From an uncultured archaeon (GTDB taxonomy: Archaea; Thermoplasmatota; Thermoplasmata; Thermoplasmatales; Thermoplasmataceae), in NCBI GenBank assembly GCA_000965745.1, contig CP009479.1:64001-128000 (forward strand): a stretch of 64,000 nt of DNA, given 5' to 3'. Below, one piece after another: positions 52,148 through 61,298 of the stretch. The stretch's first letter is position 1. Each line of letters opens with the position of its first letter. The notes under the pieces were generated by a model, which made no database searches, had not been told where the DNA came from, and saw only the letters and a program-made list of their open reading frames with translations. A program made the position numbers and the translations under genes.

Positions 52148-52684
52148 ACCTGCTCCTGCCCTGATTGGGCCCGGAAAGTGCCGGCCAGCTTCATCTTGGC
52201 ATGCAGGCATGAGCCTCCTGGCCATATGGAGCAAGGCTATGCCGAACAGAACTGCTCCAAAAATGTGCCCCCGCATGGATCGCAGTTAAGAGAGGTTGAA
52301 AGAAAGGAAAAGAAGGCTGAAGCTCCATCAAACACGCCTGCTGCGGCAACCAGTCTTATGATGAGGCACCTCCATCGCAGCTTCATCCTGATGGTAGGGG
52401 GGAAGAAGGAGAGATTGACCGGGACAAGGGCTCTGGAAATTATCATGAAGTGCCTGCAGTCAAGAAACACGGCAGTAAAACAGGCAGTGCTGGATGAAGG
52501 ATGCTCCTTAAGGTTTGAGTTTTGTCCAACTTGTTGGGGGCGGATTCCTGTCCTTTGTGTACAGAGGGGATTCAGGGATTATTTCTACCTGATGCCAATT
52601 GGCGCAATCTTCACATCAGCCGGTCTGCCAAACATTGATGAATGAAAGAAGAAATGAGACGGGATAATAACATGGCGGAATCCA

Positions 52685-53068
52685 TCAGTCGCATCCTGTC
52701 ACAGCAAAGTCCAGTTTTAGGTATTTTGCAAGAAACTCTTCACCGAAGATACTCCCTATTTCCTCACGGTTGAAAAGCCCCAGGATTTCATGGACAGTCA
52801 AGTCTGCAGGGCCAAACGGGGGCTTTTCATCCCTCTGGAGGGCATAGTACGAGAGATAACTCGCTGAGTCAACTTCGACATTGTCGTCCGTTATTATTTC
52901 AATCATGTTAAGAATAAGGATAAGCCACGCCTTGTATAGAGACATCAGCTTCTCTTCCTCATCAGTACCTTCATCGAGGTTTTCATCGGTTACCGAAATC
53001 AGGCCGAACCTCTCCTTTGCGTTCTCGAAATGGTCCTTTATAAGGAAGATAAACTCTTTTTCATTCAT
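52685..53068 (-). CDS. Hypothetical protein, copy C of the unrecognised family
   Basis: YKAW...PPF.P...IL.LF..EEI..IFG. Confidence 0.7.
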   Translation of the reverse strand: MNEKEFIFLIKDHFENAKERFGLISVTDENLDEGTDEEEKLMSLYKAWLILILNMIEIITDDNVEVDSASYLSYYALQRDEKPPFGPADLTVHEILGLFNREEIGSIFGEEFLAKYLKLDFAVTGCD

Positions 53069-53391
53069 TGTCTGATTCCCATACCGTATTATCTTAGTGC
53101 AAGCTGAAGGGAAACCTGCTCGATCCTGCATGGTAGAAGCTGATCGAACTTCGATGGTCAAGGGTGAATCCACCGGAGAACCTCTTCGGGATGGTCGCCA
53201 TCAGCGAAGATTGTGTTTTTGCCTGCCTGTACAGAACCTGTGAGTTGCCTGCTTTCCTCGGTCCCTTCCATGCTTCATAAATAAATCCTATATGAATTGA
53301 ACTAATGTGCATTATTGCATGATATGCCTTCGGTGCAGAAGTATAGCCTGAGGCCAGGAGGTGTTATGGCAAAGATGATAAGGGAGATTGT

Positions 53392-53559
53392 TCAGCTCAA
53401 TTTTCTGATGAGTATGTCGCCACTTTCTGACTGGTAAAAACCTATGATGTCGCCCTCGCCAGCCTCAATCCGATCCGCAATCCTTCTGGGCAGGGACATC
53501 CTAAGACTGCTGGAATTGGACACTCTGGTTGTCTCCACGAGTGTTGCATTTTCTGTCAT
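53392..53559 (-). CDS. AbrB/MazE/SpoVT-type small DNA-binding protein
   Basis: TRVS.SSSLRMSLPRRIA..I...EGD.I.F.....G.ILIRKL. Confidence 0.82.
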   Translation of the reverse strand: MTENATLVETTRVSNSSSLRMSLPRRIADRIEAGEGDIIGFYQSESGDILIRKLS

Positions 53560-53588
53560 GTTGAAGAAATCATTATTCATTATAAAAG

Positions 53589-53602
53589 TTATACTAGTAT
53601 AA
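53589..53602. promoter_or_regulatory. Perfect 14-bp palindrome TTATACTAGTATAA in the AbrB-gene promoter (candidate operator)
   Basis: Self-complementary; lies 30-43 nt upstream of the ATG, at the expected TATA/BRE position. Confidence 0.5.
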
Positions 53603-53687
53603 ATTATGGACATAATTGCATTACCTGAACAAAATCCCGCCAGATGTCCGGACCCTGTATACACAGCCGCGTAATGGCGTGATTGCA

Positions 53688-54062
53688 CTACATTGCCTCT
53701 GATTCCCTTGTGAGGTATTCACCCAGGGACGGCCCGAATATTTCCATCAGTTCCTCTTCTGTGTAGAGTTTCAGTATCTTGATTATATCGGGGTATAGTG
53801 GCTTGAATGGGGGGAGCTGTGACCGCCTGGACGCTGCATAGGCAATAACGTCCTCCGGCCTCACAGGCCTGTCCCCTATCCATATGTCCGTCGCACCAAG
53901 TGCATACTTGAACCATTCTTTAAATCTGGAAACCGTTTCTTCAGGGATGTTCATCACGTAGGATTCTACCTGGCCGGGGTTGCTCCTCCACTGGCCGTTT
54001 GCCTCTGATATCATGGAACGATACTCCGTCTCAACTATCCTGATGAAAAGAGTGCTCTCCAT
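53688..54062 (-). CDS. Hypothetical protein, copy B of the unrecognised family
   Basis: FKEW..AL..TDIW....V.PEDV...PPFKP...LYTEEELMEIFGP; start at MESTLF. Confidence 0.78.
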   Translation of the reverse strand: MESTLFIRIVETEYRSMISEANGQWRSNPGQVESYVMNIPEETVSRFKEWFKYALGATDIWIGDRPVRPEDVIAYAASRRSQLPPFKPLYPDIIKILKLYTEEELMEIFGPSLGEYLTRESEAM

Positions 54063-54231
54063 GACATCTGTGACATTATTAACTTTAATAAAATTTCTGC
54101 AATTCAATATTAAATATAATAAGTAGACTAGTTGCCATGAATGTAATGATTTCCCTGATAACCACTCAACAGTATCTTTTAGCGCCTCCGTGATGAATTG
54201 CACTCGCTGGATGGCCGTGATTCCACCCGTT

Positions 54232-54876
54232 TCAGTCCCTGAAGTGCTCTTCCGCAAAGGAGGGCATTGCCTCTTCAACCCATTCCCTTCTTACCTTGCC
54301 GTTTGTGAATACAGCAGAGAGCAAAGGGCGGTTTTCCCTGTTTATAACAGCAAAAAGGTGCGAGAGAACGAAGAGAGCCAGCATGCCGGCACCAAGAATG
54401 TGAGCTATCAGGAACATATTGCTCCCCTCAGCATCAGCTCCCGTAATTATAAGGCCGAGTCCCCCGACCCCAAGCAGTATGAGGCCTGCTACCAGGAGCA
54501 GGAATGCATACGAGGCAAGTATATTGTGCCGCCCCATGTTCTTCCTGACCCTGCCCGGAATTCCTCTGCCGAAAAAATACCTGCCAATGATGGAAAATGC
54601 TTCCTTAATCTGGACCGTTACAGGCTTGTCCAGTGGTTCAATGATTCTTATCTTGCGCCTCTTCAGTACAGCATAGCCAGCGTAGGCTATGATCACAAAC
54701 CCCCAGAGAAGGCCGATCTCCCTGTGGAGTAGAAACATGTTGAGGGAGCCTCCTCCGCCTTCATCATCAAGCCCCAGCGCACTGTATAGCAAAAAACCTG
54801 ATCCTATGATCAGAAGGATATGGAAAATCCTGAATCCTGCGCTTATCAGGGTTACACGATCATTGAACCTGTACAT
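54232..54876 (-). CDS. Di-heme cytochrome b subunit (FdnI/HyaC-like)
   Basis: 4 TM with His ligands (RIFH, LLHREIG, AH, SH); GRHN; FTNGKV..EW. Confidence 0.8.
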   Translation of the reverse strand: MYRFNDRVTLISAGFRIFHILLIIGSGFLLYSALGLDDEGGGGSLNMFLLHREIGLLWGFVIIAYAGYAVLKRRKIRIIEPLDKPVTVQIKEAFSIIGRYFFGRGIPGRVRKNMGRHNILASYAFLLLVAGLILLGVGGLGLIITGADAEGSNMFLIAHILGAGMLALFVLSHLFAVINRENRPLLSAVFTNGKVRREWVEEAMPSFAEEHFRD

Positions 54877-55274
54877 ATGGAGCCCACGTTTTGTGGCAAT
54901 AAAATTGGCCGTACTTAACCATATTGGTACATTGTGCAGCGGCATACCTTGCCTTGCACATGCCAGGCGGTTCCTGCGTTCTGATCTTCGCATTCCACAG
55001 TATGGTCGCATTCCAGTGCGTTCATTCGATATATCTACACCGAAAAGTGTACATAGAACTTAAAAAAAGTTTTAATACTCGATAAACACTATTAATGTTA
55101 GAGGTACCTGAACATCTCTAAAAATCTCCTAAGAGCAAGTTAGCCCCATGCACTCCTGAAACGTATCAGCAAATGGTCGGCACACAGATGATCTTTACTA
55201 TGAGCGGCTGGCCTCGATCCCATTTTACCGTTGCTTGACGAGAAAACCCGGTTCAGATAATTGGAGGGAACAGT

Positions 55275-55520
55275 ATGAGTATAGAGGATATTTCCGCGTT
55301 TGAGAGCAGAGAGGTTAAGATGAAGCTTTGCGAGGTATGTGTCGATACGAGAGGGCTTGATCGGGCGATAGAAGACCAGGCATGGGTTTGCAGCAAATGC
55401 AACACCCCTCTCGTTGGGGAGATCATACATCTGCAGAGGTGTTACTCACCTGATGAGTGCACATATGAACACCTTCACCACGCTTGCTACGGCCAGATGG
55501 CAACGGAAATGATTACGTGA
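55275..55520 (+). CDS. Small Cys/His-rich, putative zinc-binding protein
   Basis: CEVC, CSKC, HHAC motifs; SD GGAGG upstream. Confidence 0.65.
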   Translation: MSIEDISAFESREVKMKLCEVCVDTRGLDRAIEDQAWVCSKCNTPLVGEIIHLQRCYSPDECTYEHLHHACYGQMATEMIT

Positions 55521-55589
55521 TTTACAAAACCTTATTTTTTCTCTCATAAAAGAGCATCGGGCCGTAAATGAATTATATCAGAGAGATAA

Positions 55590-55900
55590 ATGAAAGCTTA
55601 CGTTGAGGTTATCTACCTGGCGATCAGTCTTGTGTCAACGCTTTCAATTGTTTCCGGGATAACGGCAGTGAATATTCTTTTCAACGCTGTTCTTCCACCG
55701 AAGAATTTCAGCAGTCCACCTCCTGGATTTGTCAACAATGGCTATCCTCCGGTTAATTTCACCCCGGGGGAGAATGGTATAACTCCCTTCTGGCATTTCG
55801 GGTATATGCGTGCATCGTTATCAGAGCCAGCCTGGCTGTGATAGCCGTTATTGGCTTCATGATCGTGAAGGGGGAAAGGAGCGCTGCATCATCCACATGA
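55590..55900 (+). pseudogene. Small 2-TM membrane protein, apparently frameshifted near 55790
   Basis: TM1 lies in ORF 55590-55841; a second TM (LLAFRVYACIVIRASLAVIAVIGFMIV) is in another frame. Confidence 0.4.
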
Positions 55901-56080
55901 TTTCTGGAAAACGCACATAAGCCCGGAATGGATTGGATGCGCCATTACCCGGCCATACAGCTGCAGAAGGATAGCTGATGCCTTATCGTGAGTTTCCACA
56001 GGAAAATCTATACATGCTTCCGGCAAAATCTTTAAATGTGTTCCAATGAATTCATGATTAATCCTGTCTAGCAATTTGAA

Positions 56081-56581
56081 ATGATAGTCGTAACCAGCAA
56101 TGTGTTGAAGATTTTACAGGTATATCGTGTATTCCTCGCTGCCTTGGGGCTCACGTGGGTAGCCGTAGCTATAGGGGTCATACGGTCACTCAATGTAATT
56201 CAAGCCGGCCTCAATGCCTTTCAGAACTACTATGAAGCGTTCCTGATCGTATTCCTCTTTTACCTGGTATATGCTTCATTCTACGGAGTTTACAGGCTCT
56301 CAAGGCAGATTTCGGAGTACAACACAGTGAGCACTGTAATCGTGAAGCTGCAAACTGAGACCTTCCTTGCGGTCATGATCAACGTAGGAATCTCGAGTGT
56401 GATTGTGGACCACCTTGTTGAGATGTATGGGATTCAGGTGCATGCGGTGGTTCTGATCATAATGCTGATAGCTGCCTCCAGCTTCACCAGACATCCGTTC
56501 CTGAAGAGATTTGTGAACTTCTTCAGGAGGAGGATAGTGAAGGAGTATGAAGATTACACCTTTTCACCGGAGAACAAATGA
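56081..56581 (+). CDS. Hypothetical membrane protein (4 TM)
   Basis: Hydrophobic helices and a basic C-terminal tail. Confidence 0.65.
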   Translation: MIVVTSNVLKILQVYRVFLAALGLTWVAVAIGVIRSLNVIQAGLNAFQNYYEAFLIVFLFYLVYASFYGVYRLSRQISEYNTVSTVIVKLQTETFLAVMINVGISSVIVDHLVEMYGIQVHAVVLIIMLIAASSFTRHPFLKRFVNFFRRRIVKEYEDYTFSPENK

Positions 56582-57318
56582 TCGTCCTATCCGGGCTCTG
56601 CCGGTTCACCGTACCCACGGACCTTTAACATGCCTGGTTGAGTCTTGTACCATCTGTCCAGTTCCCGTCATTCCCCTGTTTGCTATCAGGTTCCTTCCAG
56701 TGTTTCGGTGAGAAAGAAAAAATGAGAAATTGCCGGAGAATCACTGTTTTGTGTGTTCTCCTTGAATTTAGGACACCAACTTGTGGAATGAACAAATAAC
56801 ATTGTGGATTAGAACAAGTGTGATTCATGACTTCTTTGACAGACTAAGATTGTAACACGGGGGGCATTTGCCTGATTTATTTAGTCAAAGCCGTATAATA
56901 AAGGAGTCATGCTTATTTTCCTGGGTGCATTATATCGTTATGGCTCCGAAGACTTATTCTATTTGTTTTCTGGAATTAGTATGACTGTTGTCGGAGCTAT
57001 TTCCAGCATTCTTAGTGTAAGATTTGTAACGGGTAACTCTGGTTCCGCAGGCTTCTAATTGTCTTTTTACCCCGTCAAAGTTTCTTTCAATGGCAATCTG
57101 GCGGTAACTGGGATTCCTGAGATATTACTGCCCTGGTTGATAATAGGGCTGGCATTGATAGGAGTGGGCGTAATTTTCTTTTGTACGCACTTGTTAAAAC
57201 AGGCACACAATGATAAATCAGCGTGACTCTCGGCAACATATGAACATAGAAATGTGCTATAGTAAATTATAAAACACACTGAATGAGAATCAATAATTAT
57301 ACCTTTTCAAATCAGGGT

Positions 57319-57981
57319 ATGATGGAAGAAGCATTAGTGGTAGTCAATTTCAAGAATTATTCACAGTCCACCCTTGACAACTCCAGAAGAATGCTTGACA
57401 AATTCTCTAAAATCACCGTTCCACAGAACGTCAGGCTTGCGTTTGCAATCAGCCCGGTTGATCTCTGCCTTGCCGGGAAATTCCCCGATCTGAACATATT
57501 CTCACAGCACGCGGATGAGAATGACCCGGGCGCTGCAACAGGAAAGATGACAATTGAAGGACTCACTGGGCTTGGGATAAAGGGTTCCCTCCTGAACCAT
57601 TCGGAAAACAGGGTTCCGGAGAAAAAAATAGCCGCGACCATAGGCAAAGCGGGAAAATCAGGTTTCGAAATAATCTTGTGCGTCGGGAGTCCCGAAGAGG
57701 CGGAAAAATATGCCCCCCTCCGGCCATCTTATATTGCCTATGAGCCCCCGGAGCTTATTGGAGGAGACATTTCTGTCTCTACAGCCAGGCCGGAGATAAT
57801 TTCTGATGTTGTCGCAATCTGCTCTGGATACAGTGTCCCTGTTCTGGTGGGTGCGGGCATTAAAAACTGTGCTGATCTTAGAAAATCCATTGAACTCGGT
57901 GCCAGGGGAGTACTCATAGCATCAGGAATTGTCAAGTCTGAAGATCCTGTTGCCTCGTTAACTTCATTAATATCATCATAA
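57319..57981 (+). CDS. tpiA: Triosephosphate isomerase (archaeal type)
   Basis: VNFKNY, QH, LLNHSE, AYEPPELIGG, VGAGI, GVLIASG. Confidence 0.97.
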   Translation: MMEEALVVVNFKNYSQSTLDNSRRMLDKFSKITVPQNVRLAFAISPVDLCLAGKFPDLNIFSQHADENDPGAATGKMTIEGLTGLGIKGSLLNHSENRVPEKKIAATIGKAGKSGFEIILCVGSPEEAEKYAPLRPSYIAYEPPELIGGDISVSTARPEIISDVVAICSGYSVPVLVGAGIKNCADLRKSIELGARGVLIASGIVKSEDPVASLTSLISS

Positions 57982-57995
57982 TAACGCAGGGTAAA

Positions 57996-58718
57996 ATGCC
58001 AAAGAAGAAAGAAGAGCCCCTCTTCGTTGAACCAGAATTCAACGAGACAGAATTTATACGTGAAGAGAGAGAAAGAGCGAAGGCAGTGGTTGCCATATTT
58101 GTTATAGGCGCAGTCATAGGCCTTCTGTCAGGATATTTTAGTTTAATCGGGCTATGGTATTTTTCAATACTGCTCATCTTCATCTTCCTGCTTTTCCTGA
58201 GGATTATCCTCAATGCGCTAGGGATGCAGCTTCCCAAGAAAACGTCACACAAGATATTCCTTGTGGGTGAATTCATACTCACCTGGCTGATATTCTGGAT
58301 TCTCTTCCTCAACCCGCCGCTGCATGTGGTATCAGGTCCCCAGATATCCGATCTTCAGATGCAGACCTCCTCCGGATGGACAAATGTTCAGGAGCCAAAA
58401 CTGGACGTTTACAATCTGCCCGTATCGGATCACAGTGTAAGGCTCTACCTCAACTACAAGTACCCGATAACATCCGTTTCTGTCACGGAAGCTCAAGCGG
58501 GAAGTACGGCTAATGCTATCAAAGTGAATAGCAATTATGTGGGAGACCACGTGTACTTCAATATTAGCGGCAATGTTGGGCTGACAAATGTCTATGAAGT
58601 CACCGCGCATAGCGCCCAGGGGTCAAACACATATAAGTTCACGGTGAACTTCGTGGCCGCAACAAGCTCTATAGCACTTGCGGTCAATCCGAATCTTTTA
58701 AAAGCAGGTGTAGTGTAG
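57996..58718 (+). CDS. Conserved-looking membrane protein (3 TM plus an extracellular domain)
   Basis: P.FNE.EF...E.ER.K then TM helices, W...NPP; stop lies inside tRNA-Gly. Confidence 0.75.
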   Translation: MPKKKEEPLFVEPEFNETEFIREERERAKAVVAIFVIGAVIGLLSGYFSLIGLWYFSILLIFIFLLFLRIILNALGMQLPKKTSHKIFLVGEFILTWLIFWILFLNPPLHVVSGPQISDLQMQTSSGWTNVQEPKLDVYNLPVSDHSVRLYLNYKYPITSVSVTEAQAGSTANAIKVNSNYVGDHVYFNISGNVGLTNVYEVTAHSAQGSNTYKFTVNFVAATSSIALAVNPNLLKAGVV

Positions 58719-58778
58719 TCTGGTCTAGCACGAGAGCCTTCCAAGCTTTCAACCCGGGTTCGAATCCCGGCACCTGCA
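58704..58778 (+). tRNA. tRNA-Gly (TCC)
   Basis: Acceptor stem GCAGGTG/CACCTGC; anticodon loop CTTCCAA; T-arm CCGGG-TTCGAAT-CCCGG. Confidence 0.96.
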
Positions 58779-59138
58779 TTTCTTAATCTGTTTGGCTTTT
58801 TTGAACAGCAGAATATCATGCCTCTATCCAGGCTGGCTGATGAAGTTGTAAATATGGCCCCGGATGATTCTAGGGCGGATATAGCCGGGAATCTGCATTC
58901 CCAGACGATCAGAGAGATGTTCGGGGAAGGACCTTCCATTGAAGCTCTGGTGTGGGCAGGGGATCTCTAGAAGGCCTGGGATCGTGGGATCCAGGAAGCA
59001 TTCCAGGTTTCGTTACGGGGGACATATAAGCTTCCTACGCACCATTCCACGGAATGATCATCTGCTTGATGCATAAAAACAGCAATAAGTGCCAGAAGAG
59101 AAGGAAAATTAATAAACCATTCTTATTATAAAATTACT

Positions 59139-59591
59139 ATGACAGGAAAAAAATCCAATTTGGGCAACCCTCCTGATGGCCATTCTACAATTACCCCATA
59201 CCTGGTAGCGCACAGGCCCCATGACCTTATCAACTTCCTGGCTGAAGCCTTTGACGCTGTTGAAAAAGCAAGATACACGGCATCAGATGGCCGGCTTGAA
59301 TACGCAGAAATGGAGATAGGCGATTCCAAAATAATGATCAGTGAGGCAACAGCTTCAAACCCTGCTACCCCGTCAAACATAAATGTGTATGTAGAGGACG
59401 TTGATGCGGTGTTCAGTCGTGCCCTGAAAGCGGGCGGAACTTCTGAAAGTGACCCACAGGACCAGCCGCATGGGGAGAGAACTGGCGTAGTAAAGGATAG
59501 CACTGGCAATAAGTGGTTGATATCCACTCAGATAGAGAAGCTCACTGTTGATGAGATAAAGGAAAGGGTAAAGAAGGCTGAAACCGACTGA
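59139..59591 (+). CDS. VOC/glyoxalase (PhnB-like) protein
   Basis: ITPYL...AF.A.E...AE..IGDS...YVEDVDA...AL.AG...G.R...D..GN.W. Confidence 0.9.
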   Translation: MTGKKSNLGNPPDGHSTITPYLVAHRPHDLINFLAEAFDAVEKARYTASDGRLEYAEMEIGDSKIMISEATASNPATPSNINVYVEDVDAVFSRALKAGGTSESDPQDQPHGERTGVVKDSTGNKWLISTQIEKLTVDEIKERVKKAETD

Positions 59592-59741
59592 TTCCGGCTG
59601 AAAGCGTTCACTCTGCCCCGCTGGCGCTTTATCGGAGATTTATATTCCCTGTGCCTTGGTGGTTTTAGTTTCCCTGTGTATAACTAAGGGTATTATACTC
59701 AGTATACATTTTGAGAAGTCAAACAGGATTCAGGTGTTGTT

Positions 59742-61253
59742 ATGATCACGATTAATGGTGATTCCCTTACCGTAAAACAGGTGTATGATGTTGCTGTCAA
59801 CAGGGAGCAGGTTGAGCTTTCTGAAGAGGCTGTGGAGAAGATCAGAAAATCAAGGGACAGGCTGGTAGCAAAGCTGGAGGAGGGAAAACCCATCTATGGC
59901 GTTAACACAGGATTTGGAAGCCTGTTGAACGTATCAATACCCCAGGAGAAGATCATACAGCTGCAGAAGAACCTCATAAGGAGCCATTCTTCTGGAGTGG
60001 GCGAACCACTCCCCGACGAGCATGTGAGGGCCATCATGGTCGTCCGGGCCAACAACCTCTCGAAGGGATACTCCGGTGTCAGGGTTGAGCTTGTCCAGAT
60101 GGTCATCAATATGCTCAACAGAGGAATACACCCCATAGTCCCAAGATTTGGTTCTGTTGGAGCCAGCGGAGACCTGGCACCTCTCGCCCATATTGCACTC
60201 TGCATGATGGGTGAAGGGAAGGTCAAGTACAACAACAATGCAACGGAAGCGCAGGAAGTATTCACCGAACTCTCCATTGCCCCGCATGAGTTTGTAGAGA
60301 AAGAGGGCGTGGCCTTTATCAACGGAACCTCAGCGATTTCAGGGATCCTTTCGGTAGAACTGCACAGATCATACGAGATGTTCAGGAATTCAATCCTTTC
60401 TGCATCACTGTCGTTCGAAGGGCTTAAGGGAACCGACAGGGCGATCAGGGAATGGGCGATGAAGGTGAGGCCTTACAGGGGCCAGGAACTTGTTTCCAAG
60501 TCGCTGAGAGAGCTCATTAAAGACAGTGAAATCATAAGGAAATCAAGCGAACGGAAGGTGCAGGATGCATACAGCCTCAGATGCATCCCCCAGGTTTACG
60601 GGGCGGTCCTCGATACGCTCGATTATGGACGGTCTGTTCTCTCTACCGAGATAAATTCTGCAACTGACAACCCGCTGATCGGTGAGGAGGAAATAATTTC
60701 CGCAGGCAATTTCCACGGCGAGCCGGTTTCCCTGATATGTGACTTCGTTGCGATCGCATTGACAGACCTGGGCAACATCATAGAAAGAAGGATAGCGAGA
60801 ATAGTCGATGCAAGCCTGAGCGGGCTTCCGCCGTTCCTGGTTTCAAACAGCGGCTACAACTCCGGGTATATGATACCGCAATACACGGCCGCTGCATTGT
60901 GCAACAGGAACAAGACGCTTTCAATGCCTTCTACAGCAGACAACATACCCACGTCTGCAAACCAGGAGGACCATGTGAGCATGGGGGCCAACGCCGCAAT
61001 AAAACTTTCAGAGGTAGTGGCAAATCTTCAGCAGATTGTTGCCATAGAATACCTTCTCGGCGCCCAGTCACTTGAATTTGCCCTAGATTCACCTTCCCCG
61101 AATACCACCGCGATATGGAAGAAGATAAGGGAGCAGGTTCCGGCACTGGAAGAGGACAGGGCGCACTACGCGGATATTGAAAAAATTGCGGAAATGATGA
61201 GAAAGGGTGAGATCCTTTCAGAGCTCAGCTACCTGGAGAGCCTTTACTTCTAG
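59742..61253 (+). CDS. hutH: Histidine ammonia-lyase
   Basis: YGVNTGFG, RSH, GSVGASGDLAPL (MIO), QDAYSLRC.PQ, GNFHG, NQEDHVSMG. Confidence 0.96.
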   Translation: MITINGDSLTVKQVYDVAVNREQVELSEEAVEKIRKSRDRLVAKLEEGKPIYGVNTGFGSLLNVSIPQEKIIQLQKNLIRSHSSGVGEPLPDEHVRAIMVVRANNLSKGYSGVRVELVQMVINMLNRGIHPIVPRFGSVGASGDLAPLAHIALCMMGEGKVKYNNNATEAQEVFTELSIAPHEFVEKEGVAFINGTSAISGILSVELHRSYEMFRNSILSASLSFEGLKGTDRAIREWAMKVRPYRGQELVSKSLRELIKDSEIIRKSSERKVQDAYSLRCIPQVYGAVLDTLDYGRSVLSTEINSATDNPLIGEEEIISAGNFHGEPVSLICDFVAIALTDLGNIIERRIARIVDASLSGLPPFLVSNSGYNSGYMIPQYTAAALCNRNKTLSMPSTADNIPTSANQEDHVSMGANAAIKLSEVVANLQQIVAIEYLLGAQSLEFALDSPSPNTTAIWKKIREQVPALEEDRAHYADIEKIAEMMRKGEILSELSYLESLYF

Positions 61254-61298
61254 CCGGACACGACCAAATTATATATATTCATTTTAGCTGAAGGTTTA

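Noticed and set aside
52178-52645. 155-aa plus-strand ORF or possible transporter remnant on the minus strand
   Set aside because: No recognisable motif; the hydrophobic fragments are too degenerate to assign
53689-54278. Long N-terminal extensions given by the ORF track for ORFs 53688-54278, 53392-53688 and 52685-53173
   Set aside because: They run through AT-rich promoter-like DNA; paralog alignment and fold boundaries support the later Met starts
14610-58778. Integrated provirus or plasmid between tRNA-Lys and tRNA-Gly
   Set aside because: I found no integrase, transposase, viral structural gene or duplicated tRNA 3' end (att site) by eye; tpiA and other core-like genes lie inside the interval
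58810-59020. Possible enzyme-gene remnant after tRNA-Gly (…WAGDL*KAWDRG…, faintly LarA-like)
   Set aside because: Similarity too short and weak to support without a search
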